Assembly (NCBI GenBank): GCA_051294375.1
Contig: CM119268.1
Span: 16,821,947-16,885,946 of the forward strand
From: Paraspadella gotoi
Taxonomy: Eukaryota > Animalia > Chaetognatha
Reading direction: 5' to 3'
DNA length: 64,000 nt
The notes beneath the pieces are model-generated. The model was not told the origin of the DNA. It ran no database searches and saw only the letters and a program-made list of their open reading frames with translations. A program made the translations under genes and the position numbers. Within the stretch, counting starts at the first letter, position 1; every line of letters begins with the position of its first letter. Shown one piece after another: positions 1 to 12,536 of the stretch.

Positions 1-956
1 TAGCGGCAACGTAAAACTTAACGGCTCCAAGTTGACTTGACAAATTAAACAATTCTGATTGGATGGACGAATCATGCGTTGATTGGAGGAGATGAGAGTA
101 AACGAAACAACAGCAAAAGATGCAAATATAAATTTAGCAAAGAAGTGAAAAAGGTAAGAGAATAAGAGATAAGAGAAAGAAAGTACTTCATATNNNNNNN
201 NNNNNNNNNNNNNNNNNNNNNNNNNNNNNNNNNNNNNNNNNNNNNNNNNNNNNNNNNNNNNNNNNNNNNNNNNNNNNNNNNNNNNNNNNNNNNNAAATCA
301 TAAAGAAGAAATAGAAAATAAAAAAGAAGAAGATGAGAGAAGGAAAGTATGAAAGAGGATATTAGGATGAAAAAGGGAATAGAGTAGGACAAAGGTAAGA
401 CAATGCTAAAGTAAAGGAGATAATATAGGACAAGGCAAAAAAGATGATAGAAAATAAGAAAATGTAATAAAGAAGGTTAGAAAGTAAGACAATGTAAAAG
501 CGAAGGATAGAAAGTAGGACAATGTATGAGAAAGATAAGATTAAGTCAAGTTAAAAGAGAAGGATGCGATAAGGTTAAAAAAAAGAATAGAAGGTTAGCC
601 AAGGCAAATGAGAGGATAAAAGGTAAGAAAAGGTAAAATAGAAAGATAAAAGTTAGGACAAGGCAAAAGAGAAAGATAGAAGGTAAGACAAGAGAAGAGA
701 GAAGGGCGGAGGGGAAGTGACAAACGAGATGTCGAACGAGGTCGAAAGAATTGGATCAGAAAAAGAAAGAGAAAAAGAAGGAGGGAGGACGAAGAGAGAG
801 ATGGAGAGGGTCAAACTTCGAGGGATGGACTCTTGATTCTTGTCTCGTGGAGGATGGTCTAAGTTCAATTGGGAGAAGAGAGAATCGAAGATGTAACGCG
901 AGGGAAATTAAACAAAGTTAATCAAAGAAATATGGAAAGAAAGAAAGATAAAAAGA

Positions 957-1589
<633 letters not shown>

Positions 1590-2603
1590 TCCGAAGACGG
1601 CGAATGTAGTCATCAATCATCCTTTCCTCTCCGCGTTTCCGGTAAAGTCGATGCGACGCCGGTTCTCAGACGCTGCGCCGATTTTTTGGACGCGGCGCCG
1701 ATTCCTTGTCGCGGTGCCAGTCCTCTTCGCTGTTCCCAATTCCTCTCCAATGGCGCCGCCGGGCCGATTCTTCGCCACGGTGCCGATTCTTTCCCGCGTT
1801 GTTCGGTACCGACGCCATCGCGCGGCGAAGTGGATGGAATTCCTGCCTTCCCAAAGGAGAGAAGGTCGCGCCGGTTTTAACTTCGAAAAATGATAAAGCG
1901 TCCCGCCCCCCCTCTACGCCCCCACTCCACGATCGACCCACTTTCCCCCATCTCGAACCCCTTCTACCCCCATCACGTTCCCTTCAAATCCGTCCCTCCC
2001 GCAGCGTTTCGAGCTCGAATCCTTTTGTCGGTCCGAGGAACTCGACTGTAGACGGAATTTAAAAAAAAAAACTTTTTCGGAATTAGATTGACCCGACAAA
2101 TTCAGTCGTGCGAGAAAAATAAAGGTTTTTCGTTATCGCAATTCTGGTTAGAATAATTTCGACTTTTTTGCGCCCGACGGCTGCCCAACATTTCTCTTTT
2201 TTGTGTCATTTTGTTTTGCGACGTGTGTATGAATTTGATATGAAATTTATCTATTCATTCAATAAAAAAGCAATCTTGCAAGCTTGCTCCTCACTTCGGA
2301 CGGCAGGCTATGGTTTGTTAAGGCTTTAATCTTTCTTCAATGAGAGTGATTCTCTTCTTTAATCTTAAATGAACGCTTTGCGAATATTGAATATTACGTG
2401 AAAATTAAACGACCTATCACATGCGTCCTGTCGTTTCATAACATAATTAACGATGATATAGTAAATTTAACAAGTGATTCTAAAAGCGATTTTCCGCTGA
2501 TCATCATCACAGTCGCATCATCCGCCTTCACATCTGTCATCTGATTGAGGTGACGAGGGCGACATCTATCTCCGTCTCGGTGAGTCATCGCGGTTGGCGA
2601 GTG

Positions 2604-2730
2604 GGTGGATGGGATGGATTGATGGATGTATGGATGGAATGGATGGATGAATGGATGGAATGGATGGATGGATGGATAGATATATAAAAAGAATGCAATG
2701 GAATGTAATGGAGAGGATGGATGGATAGAT
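2604..2730. repeat. (GGAT)n / (GGAAT)n degenerate microsatellite
   Basis: Directly visible. Confidence 0.85.
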
Positions 2731-3940
2731 AAAGAGGGCGGATTGATGGGGTAGAGTTATTGATGATAAAGAGGGGGTTGATGTTGTCGAGGGGGATCGA
2801 GAGAATTGGTTTGCTGTGGTGGCCTAAGTGGTGCCATTTAAAGTGGTTCATGGAGAATCGATTTCCGCTCGAGTTATTTTGAAGAGGGCGAGTTCCTTGC
2901 CAGAAACAGATTTTTAATATTTTCTTGTTATTTTCCCCGCTTTTTTTTTTTTACCGATTCCACCAAAAAATATCATGATTATTTATTTATAAATTTATCA
3001 ATCTCCGTTATTTTTATTTTTATTTACATTTATATCTTCTATTTACCGCGCTTCATTCCTTAATTTACAATATTCTTTTTATTTTTTCCATTAACTTCTT
3101 ATTTTTACACTTTATTCTCTAAATCCTTTTTTCCTTTACTTTTCTTTCTTTTTCCTCCTCTGCTTTTCTCGCCTCAGTTCAGATTTCATTTTAAAATTCT
3201 TATCTCCATTTAATCCGAGATTCACTGATCAACAAATGTTGCACTTTTTTTTTAATCTCCAAATCATTTGCGCAAATAAATTGTGAAGCGGAAAAAAANN
3301 NNNNNNNNNNNNNNNNNNNNTAAATGCTGAGGCAAGCAAGTTTATATCTGAGGACGCAATCAACAAAATTAAAATTCAAAACGTTGAGTCGCTGCATATT
3401 AATGTAGTGGGTTGGCCTCTACAATAACCCAAGCATCGGCGAAGGACAAAATTTACAATTGACTCGGATAATAAGAGACACTCCTCTATTGTCTCACGAA
3501 ATTCAAAATTAATTGTTCAACTCGTGGTATTCTAAAATAAGCTCTATTTTTTCAACTGCTGCTGAGTAAGAAAAGCACAACGTTAAAAACGTCTCTCTTA
3601 GAATGCCTCGAATAAAGCACGATTTTTCCTAGTATCCCAAATTTTTAAAGGTTATGATAAAGTAGATGTTTGGATGATTTCGATATTGTGATGAATTCAA
3701 GTTCGTAACTGACGTAGAACGTTAATGAAAATTGCAAGATTATTAATTATTGATAATAGCAAAATTTTCCAAACTAGAAAGTTTTTGTCAGGTCAATTAA
3801 GAGCAGGTCTTTCAAATGAAGCTTGAAATCAAGTCAGGTTTTGATAAGAAACTCGCAATAAAAGGAGGTCATTCCCTTAAAATGGATGTCGAACGGATTT
3901 TTTTTTTCGTTTTACTGTTATTTTCGGTCGTGACGCCGAT

Positions 3941-3946
<6 letters not shown>

Positions 3947-4037
<91 letters not shown>

Positions 4038-4040
4038 TCT
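3947..4040. repeat. (CT)n microsatellite
   Basis: Directly visible. Confidence 0.95.
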
Positions 4041-6076
4041 ATTTTTCGTCCCCCACTCTCGCGACCTTTGAAACTTCGCGCCATTTCGAGTCACTCGCCA
4101 GGTTTTCTATTTTGAAGATCGATGGGGGCGGAAGACCGTGAACCTGAGTTGGTGGTTGAGAGGGTGAGAAAGATTTTGGGTGAGCTCATGTGTTGAGGTG
4201 GGTGAGATGAAAAGGAAAGTTCTCAAAATAGGCCAGATGTGACCCCTAAAAAAGGCAATGCAGTGAGACTTGAAGAGATATAAGAGTGGTCAGAAATCGG
4301 GAACTGTTTTTTTTCCGTGAGAGGTCACAAATTGAGGTTAAGACGAAGAGTTGTTTTGAAAAGGTGAGGAGAAGAAAAAGAGGAAGGAAAGAATTCGGGA
4401 AAATCCTGAGTGAAAAGCGACGAGTGAAGTTTCACGCCTTTTTTTTCAACGAAGGCGAAAACGGAATGACGACGTGAAGGGTGGAAATCACGAGCGGTGA
4501 AGCGGTGAAGCGCGTGAACGTGATTGTGATCGTCCTTCGGGCTCTTTTCTGCTGCATGCCGTTGCGAAGAGAACATTTAATATATTTGCATTCAAGATTT
4601 TAAACAGTAAATGTCATCATTACATTACATTACATCATTCATATTGAAAGGAGCGGTGGCTGAGTAGGGAAGAACTGAAAATCCAATCTTTGCATAAATA
4701 AGAGAGGGAAATAAATTTCATAAATAGTAAATAAATATAAAAAAATTGAGTAGTAATAATATTTTAGTTCTCTATTGGCAAAGCCCCGAACGACTTCGCA
4801 AGAAAAGTTTCAAAACAAAACGCTCCCAGATTCCCTCGTAAATTCAAACGTTCCGGCGTTAAATGTCAATTTTGTGAAGTTCACGAGAAAAAAACTCACG
4901 CCAACCCGCGTCAAAAACGCCATCTGCCGTCAGAAATAAAACAAATAGCTAAGTTTTCGTTACTTATACTTTATGTTCATAAAGCGAGTATGGTTTACAA
5001 ATTTACTTATGGGATCGCGTAGGATTCGCGGCTACAGTTTGGCAGCAACGCCACATCACAAATAAATTTAGGGCAAAAATGAAAAAAAGAACTTTTGGTA
5101 AAAATTTCAGCGACGGAAAAAAAAAAGGCGAAAGAAGAAAAAACATTGAAAGTCCTGAGTAAATCATTTTTTCATTCATGCGTTTGACGGGGAGACGGAC
5201 TTAAAAAGTATTAATGGAGGATGAATTATGAGCACTCTCTCTCTCTCTCTCTCTCTNNNNNNNNNNNNNNNNNNNNNNNNNNNNNNNNNNNNNNNNNNNN
5301 NNNNNNNNNNNNNNNNNNNNNNNNNNNNNNNNNNNNNNNNNNNNNNNNNNNNNNNNNNNNNNNNNNNNNNNNNNNNNNNNNNNNNNNNNNNNNNNNNNNN
5401 NNNNNNNNNNNNNNNNNNNNNNNNNNTTCATAACAATCTCTCGCTGTCTCCTTCTAATACGGATATCATCCGCATGTACTGCGAATATAAAAAGAGAAAG
5501 AAATGAAACTGGCTTAATAGTTCATTTTTTTAGTATAATAAACTTTCTTTCTTTCTTAAACTCTTTTATTTCTTTTTCTCCAGTTAAAAAACACTATACG
5601 GATGGTTCGATGTGAAGAGGACATAAATCAGGAAACCAAGTTGGAGAACGGCAAACGAAGTTTGTTTGCAAAGCGGAGCAGAAAGAGAGAGAGAGAGAGA
5701 GGAGAGGAAGAGAGATAGGAGAGAGGAGAGAGAGAGGAGGAGAGAGAGAGAGGAGAGGGGACAGTAGAAGAGGAGAGAAAGAAAGAAGTAGATTCCATGC
5801 ATCAAGAATTCTGTAATTGAAGGCATTGATATTCAGCAAATAAGTGTTTACTGAACTCAGAGGGGAAAGTTTAAAAGGAAGAAAGAACGGGGGAAAAAAT
5901 AAACGTAGGAGAAAAGAGAGAGGAGGGATTACGAGAGAGAGAGAGAGAAGAGGACACAGAAAGAGAAATGGTGCAAGGATTCGACATTTGTCGCTTTGGA
6001 AGGAAGTACGAATGGACTTTCGCTTTCGTCAGAGCGAAAGAGCGAAGAAAAGTGTCTTCATCAATTCCAGTTTTCG

Positions 6077-6119
6077 GTTGTCGTCGTCGTCGTCGCCGGC
6101 GTCGTCGTCGTCGTTGTCA

Positions 6120-6159
<40 letters not shown>
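6077..6159. repeat. (GTC)n trinucleotide microsatellite
   Basis: Directly visible; source of the poly-S/poly-R/poly-V/poly-D ORFs. Confidence 0.93.
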
Positions 6160-7097
6160 TTTGTTTATTTGTGCTGTCGAGAGTCAAGCTACTCAATGAA
6201 GGAGAGGAAGAGGAGAAAGGAAAGGAGAAAATAGAAGATAGAGAAAACATACTTAAGGTAGGGGTGGCCTATCTCACTAGATCTCTACTTAAGGACGTAC
6301 AATATATTTCATAAACTTTGCAAATACAGAAACAAGAATTTATCAGGTAAAACCAAACGTCCTAGTTCGTTATCAAATTATATATTTTAATGTTTTAGGA
6401 ACGAGAACTGAATAAAAATGAAAGGAAAATGCACAAAAGCGTTGATGCCTTCCAATTTTTTTTATTCTGTAGCGTCAAATAATTTAAAAAATCAGTTTAA
6501 TATTCTGTATTCAATCCGTTAAGCCGAAATATGTATACACGTAGGAACAAAGTTTATAGAACACGAACATAATTTTAATTTTTCATTTTCATTAGAAAAT
6601 GGAGCTCATCTTTTTTTTTTTTCTGGTTCTCAATTTTCATCTCCGCAGCGAACGTCGACCTGACCTCTAAAAAATCATCGGAGGATCGTGAAAGAACCTC
6701 GTTATCTGCGGAAGTGGATCAGGTGGTTTAAACTTTCATAGAAAATTCCCACCCACCATCTTCTCCTCCCCCACCCACCATCTTCTCCCCCCCACTACCT
6801 CCTTTCCCCCGTTATAACTCCCCCTCCAAAAAATCGAGAGATTTTTCTTTTTTATTCTAATTTTTATTTTTCGGGATTCGATCAATATTCATTTAGTGAG
6901 GATATTTTCATTGGTTTAATACCTGTAAAGTAAAGTATAGATGTTTTAAAAATGTTTTTTTCATAATTTTCTATTCGTCATCGAAGGTTTCTGTTACGTT
7001 TTAATGAAATTAATACAACCAATATGAAATTTCGAGCTTTTGAAGAATAAACTAATTCTAATTAATCATTTATTAAAGCAGATCTGTATTTTTGACG

Positions 7098-7165
<68 letters not shown>

Positions 7166-7999
7166 AGAAACAGACCGTCGCCTAAAAGCTGATCCAAAAG
7201 AAAGAAAACTTAAGAAGGAAACCAGTGGAACCAGTGGAACCACGTAGCGAAAAAAAACTGGAAGAGAATTTAATTTTCTTTTCCCCAATTCCGTCGGACG
7301 CTAAATCTCGTGGGTTGTGTCTGCGTGAGATGTGAACGGAAAGGCAAGTTGATGAGTTTCACGAAGAACACTGTCACGCTAAACGTCAAACTAAGTGAAG
7401 AAAATAAAATACCAAAGTTAAAACTTTTCGAACGTTGAAATAATGAGTTTCAAGTTTTAAATTGTGGGCTGGGAGTCTCCATGGACGCATCAATAAAGTT
7501 GAGGTATGCAGGTCCTTGTGGTTTAANNNNNNNNNNNNNNNNNNNNNNNNNNNNNNNNNNNNNNNNNNNNNNNNNNNNNNNNNNNNNNNNNNNNNNNNNN
7601 NNNNNNNNNNNNNNNNNNNNNNNNNNNNNNNNNNNNNNNNNNNNNNNNNNNNNNNNNNNNNNNNNNNNNNNNNNNNNNNNNNNNNNNNNNNNNNNNNNNN
7701 NNNNNNNNNNNNNNNNNNNNNNNNNNNNNNNNNNNNNNNNNNNNNNNNNNNNNNNNNNNNNNNNNNNNNNNNNNNNNNNNNNNNNNNNNNNNNNNNNNNN
7801 NNNNNNNNNNNNNNNNNNNNNNNNNNNNNNNNNNNNNNNNNNNNNNNNNNNNNNNNNNNNNNNNNNNNNNNNNNNNNNNNNNNNNNNNNNNNNNNNNNNN
7901 NNNNNNNNNNNNNNNNNNNNNNNNNNNNNNNNNNNNNNNNNNNNNNNNNNNNNNNNNNNNNNNNNNNNNNNNNNNNNNNNNNNNNNNNNNNNNNNNNNN

Positions 8000-8030
<31 letters not shown>

Positions 8031-8529
8031 GCTTCCTTTGTTTTCTTTAGCTTTTTCTTGACCTCAAGCTCCATCTCGCACCATCTCGCCATCTCGCTCC
8101 CTCGCTAAATCGATATCTTTAAAGGTTAAAGGACATTATTGATAAAATTATATCCGTTTGGAATATAAAAAATGGCAAAGGATCAATGCAAACCCCATGA
8201 TTATTTTATCACAATATTTGTAATCTATTGCGTAGACTTGATATACTTTTGTACGTACATATTTTTATGTACGTACAAATGTATGTATGTGTTAATTGTC
8301 TCATTTAAGAGAATTACAAATCAAAATCACTAACCACCAACGTCATTGAGAGGAAATTGGTAAGACTCAGTGAAAAAAGGATAAACAAAGGACGAACAAA
8401 GGACAGACAGACAACTGACAAATTAAAGGGGAAAAAAGAAAAAAAGAAATAGGGCAACAAAAGAAGCTCAGGAATACAGAATCACTTTGAAACGAGTTTC
8501 TGTCAATGATTTCAGATTCAACAAAGTGA

Positions 8530-8564
<35 letters not shown>

Positions 8565-8895
8565 NNNNNNNNNNNNNNNNNNNNNNNNNNNNNNNNNNNN
8601 NNNNNNNNNNNNNNNNNNNNNNNNNNNNNNNNNNNNNNNNNNNNNNNNNNNNNNNNNNNNNNNNNNNNNNNNNNNNNNNNNNNNNTCTCTCTCTCTCTCC
8701 TTTTTCTTCACACTCCATTGTCCTAATAGTCTTGACGTGAAAGAAAGAATTACAATTAGGACGATAATGAAACAACCACGGATACCCCNNNNNNNNNNNN
8801 NNNNNNNNNNNNNNNNNNNNNNNNNNNNNNNNNNNNNNNNNNNNNNNNNNNNNNNNNNNNNNNNNNNNNNNNNNNNNNNNNNNNNNNNNNNNNNA

Positions 8896-8927
<32 letters not shown>

Positions 8928-9464
8928 CAGACTGTGAGAGACTGAAAAAGATAGTGCGAGTGAGTTATCTTCCCAAACCTTCTTATCAAGTTTATTTTTT
9001 ATATTTTTTTTTCCCGAAGAGAAACAAACAAGCGAGGGGCGGGCGCCTCTTCACCCAGCGGAAATGAATTCGCTTCGCCGCCTCGTAAACAAATCGCGTT
9101 ATTATGATTCTAGGATCAGACCATAAACAACGACGACGACGACGACGACGAAATCATCTTCGCCTCCGCCTCCTCCGCCGGATCTCGCCGACTCGACCCC
9201 CTTCTGTCTCTTCCCCCACCCGCCCTCAGCCCCTCACTCTGCGGACGCTTCCGCCTTCGAGCCCGACCTCAATTTTTTTGGTCCACGCGAAACCTTCAGT
9301 GCCCTCTATCTCGTGATACAAAACAAAACCGGAAAACGAAACTAAAACCGAAACGGTCGGGGGGAAACAAACAAAACGAAATTTTGGATGATATGAAACG
9401 TGATAGAATTGATTTGAAGATAGTCTAATATTTACACAAATTGACAAACTAACGAGCTAAAACA

Positions 9465-9598
9465 ATGTTGTTGTCGCCGACTCCGTCTACATCGACGCCC
9501 TCGTCAAAGCAACGCCAAGCGGCGGGCGAGTCACTCGGCGGACAGACTCACGCCCTCAGAGTCAGACTCGTTCAGTTTACGAAGCCACCGGACGAGGC
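9465..9598 (+). CDS. CASK: CASK-like exon: N-terminal segment and start of PDZ (MLLSPTPSTSTPSSKQRQAAGESLGGQTHALRVRLVQFTKPPDE...), runs into N gap
   Basis: RVRLVQFTKPPDE resembles the CASK PDZ start RVRLVQFQKNTDE. ATG context is AAAACAATG, with an in-frame TAA at 9450-9452. The 3' end is hidden by the gap at 9599-9722. Confidence 0.8.
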
Positions 9599-9847
9599 NN
9601 NNNNNNNNNNNNNNNNNNNNNNNNNNNNNNNNNNNNNNNNNNNNNNNNNNNNNNNNNNNNNNNNNNNNNNNNNNNNNNNNNNNNNNNNNNNNNNNNNNNN
9701 NNNNNNNNNNNNNNNNNNNNNNGGGGGGTTGTTTGATTTTAAAATCAACTCAGCTTTTTTTCATGTCTTTTATGTCCAAAAAATTCTGATTTGAATTTTT
9801 TCTTTGGTGACTCTTCATTGATCGTTTTCATCGATATTTCAACCCAG

Positions 9848-9923
9848 AATGAATGAGGATCACAAATGCGTCGTGGCTCGAGTTCTTCACGGCGGACTCG
9901 TTCACAGAATGGGAGCTTTGCAG
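9848..9923 (+). CDS. CASK: CASK-like PDZ exon (MNEDHKCVVARVLHGGLVHRMGALQ)
   Basis: CCCAG acceptor ends at 9847, GT donor at 9924, 76 nt. Matches CASK [25 protein letters not shown]. Not in the ORF track because it is too short. Confidence 0.92.
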
Positions 9924-10469
9924 GTTATCATTCCCTTTTGTTTATTGATCTATTATAATAAAAACGAACTTAAGTTTATTCAAAGCCAGTAAGAATCGAA
10001 AGTCAGAGGTTAAACCGTCGTCGAGGGCGAAGAAAAGAATCCTCAGCACGAGAGTTTTTTAAATAAATGTGCAAATATTTTAAATAGATTAAACATCGGG
10101 ACTCGAGTGGAAATCATTTGATCAAACTAAAGATTTCTTGATAGTGCACATTGAACCGGCGCGGAAGTTGAAATTTAGCGAGAAAGAAGAGAAGGGAAGA
10201 GAAGGAAAAACAAAAAGGAATAATTAAAAGGCGACAATAAAAAAAAGAAATGAAAACAACAAGGGGAATTAATTGAAAACAAAACGAAGGAAGAAAAAGA
10301 GAGAGAGAGAGAAAAAAAAAGGTGAGATTATGCGCGGAATTAGCGCGAAAGGAAAGAAAGAAGATCATTCGTTAAGCCTAACCGTTTTAATTAAACTAGG
10401 AAGCTGCGTTAAGATTTAATTAATATGATTTCTACCCAAAAAATCGATCAATCAATCAATCACTTTCAG

Positions 10470-10596
10470 GTCGGCGACGAGATACGAGAACTGAACGGCA
10501 TCAACGTCATGAACAAGTCCGTCGACGCTGTGCAAAAGATGCTTCGTGAAGTTCGAGGCAACGTCACTTTCAAGATCGTCCCCGGATCCTTCAAGC
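10470..10596 (+). CDS. CASK: CASK-like PDZ exon ([42 protein letters not shown])
   Basis: TTTCAG acceptor, GTGAGT donor at 10597, phase 0 join to the previous exon. Matches CASK [39 protein letters not shown]. Confidence 0.93.
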
Positions 10597-12440
10597 GTGA
10601 GTCCACTCTAGTTTCGACGTCGCTGTCGTCGTCGCTCTCGACGTCTCGACCAATGTCGTTGGATTTTTCTTCCCTGTTATTATTAAACGTTCAACATTAG
10701 CCACTCACTCATTTGAGCATTTTTGGGGTATTTTTTTTTAAATTTTACAAATAGATGACGCACTGAAAATCATATACCGATAGATATTATTTAAGGTTAA
10801 ATTTATTTTTTTTCTCGATGATAAAACGAAAAATATTTATGTTTGTTTTCTCTGTAAATCTACACTGAAAATAGATTCAATTGGTGTTTAAACAGCAACA
10901 GTTTTCAGTTTTAATATTACGTCTAGAATAACACAATACTTTTTTGTCTTTTGGAAGCAATGGTTCCTGTCCAGGGATAATTCCCTGGTAAATACATAAC
11001 AAACCTAATAAGAGAAACTTATATTATTAACAAAAAAACAAAGAAAATTGCCTGTAGGAGGTATGAGTGAATGAAGGAAAGAGAATGGAGAGAATGCAAA
11101 AAAAAATAATAATAAGAGAAAAAATAGTTTGAAAGAGAGAGGAGAAGAGAAAAAATAATGAAATAGGGAGAGAAAGAGAGGGGGGAGAAAGANNNNNNNN
11201 NNNNNNNNNNNNNNNNNNNNNNNNNNNNNNNNNNNNNNNNNNNNNNNNNNNNNNNNNNNNNNNNNNNNNNNNNNNNNNNNNNNNNNNNNNNNNNNNNNNN
11301 NNNNNNNNNNNNNNNNNNNNNNNNNNNNNNNNNNNNNNNNNNNNNNNNNNNNNNNNNNNNNNNNNNNNNNNNNNNNNNNNNNNNNNNNNNNNNNNNNNNN
11401 NNNNNNNNNNNNNNNNNNNNNNNNNNNNNNNNNNNNNNNNNNNNNNNNNNNNNNNNNNNNNNNNNNNNNNNNNNNNNNNNNNNNNNNNNNNNNNNNNNNN
11501 NNNNNNNNNNNNNNNNNNNNNNNNNNNNNNNNNNNAAAAAAATAGAAAGAAAAAACAATATCCAAAAAGAAAAAAAAACAGTGAAAAAAAATTGTTGTTG
11601 ATTTTTCAGCGAATTTTGTTTGGTTCATTCCTCGCCACGCAGAGACGACAAAGACGACGACGACAACCCAGATGACGATGACAACGACGACGTCTACGAC
11701 GACGTCGCAGTTATTGCCTTTTGCATTTGTCGTGTTTGCAGTTCTGATCCTGCATTTAGAAATTCAACGGCATCTCATTTCTAAGTCGAACCAAAAAAAT
11801 CCTTTCCTTCTATTCACCGATTCCTTCGGAAGAAAACTTTTAGGTCTACGTCGCTAAACATTTGGTCTCTTTTAAGTTGTATTTTTTTGAAATTCGGAAA
11901 CCCTTTACAAAAGGGACCTCCAAGTTCCAAAAGACTTCATAGGTTTATTGATGGTCCAAAGTTGCTTTGAAAAAAAGTTTTCCGAGGAACGAAACCCCCT
12001 CACCCAAATGAAGACCTCATTTCTCATTTCTTCCCCATTCACTTACCCCTTNNNNNNNNNNNNNNNNNNNNNNNNNNNNNNNNNNNNNNNNNNNNNNNNN
12101 NNNNNNNNNNNNNNNNNNNNNNNNNNNNNNNNNNNNNNNNNNNNNNNNNNNNNNNNNNNNNNNNNNNNNNNNNNNNNNNNNNNNNNNNNNNNNNNNNNNN
12201 NNNNNNNNNNNNNNNNNNNNNNNNNNNNNNNNNNNNTCCGTCCGTGTGTCTGTTCGTTTACCCGTCTGTTTGTCTGTCTCTCCGTCTTGCCGTCTGTCTT
12301 TTTCTGTCTTGCTGACTCAGTGTCTGTTTATCTGTCTATGTCTATGTCTTTCTGTCACTGTTTCTTTCTGTCGGTGATTCTTTCCGTCTGTCTGTATTTT
12401 TGTCTCTTTATCTACTTTTACTCTTCCTTCCCAAATTTAG

Positions 12441-12536
12441 GTGATATTCTCCAAATAATTAACAAGGACGACCACAATTGGTGGCAAGCGAAAAAGTTCG
12501 AACACTGTTCCAGCAGCGACCCCGCCGGCCTCATTC
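12441..12536 (+). CDS. CASK: CASK-like SH3 exon (GDILQIINKDDHNWWQAKKFEHCSSSDPAGLI...), runs into N gap
   Basis: Long pyrimidine tract plus TTTAG acceptor. MAGUK SH3 signature GDI.QI..KDD.NWWQ...AGLIP. Confidence 0.92.

Noticed and set aside
4652-4690. Pol III A-box-like GGTGGCTGAGTAGG
   Set aside because: No B-box or cloverleaf follows.
5584-5659. Possible upstream + strand exon after a strong TTTTTCTCCAG acceptor (LKNTIRMVRCEEDINQETKLENGKR)
   Set aside because: No similarity to CaMK or L27 domains and only a weak donor; cannot be supported without transcripts.
6250-6294. 9-bp direct repeat TACTTAAGG flanking 27 bp (possible transposon footprint)
   Set aside because: No terminal inverted repeats and no second copy; compatible with chance or a small local duplication.
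11844-11880. TTTTAG|GTCTACGTC (VYV) as the missing SH3 N-terminal exon
   Set aside because: It continues AKHLVSF with no AQF.YDP motif. The real exon is more likely in the N gaps at 11193-11535 or 12052-12236.
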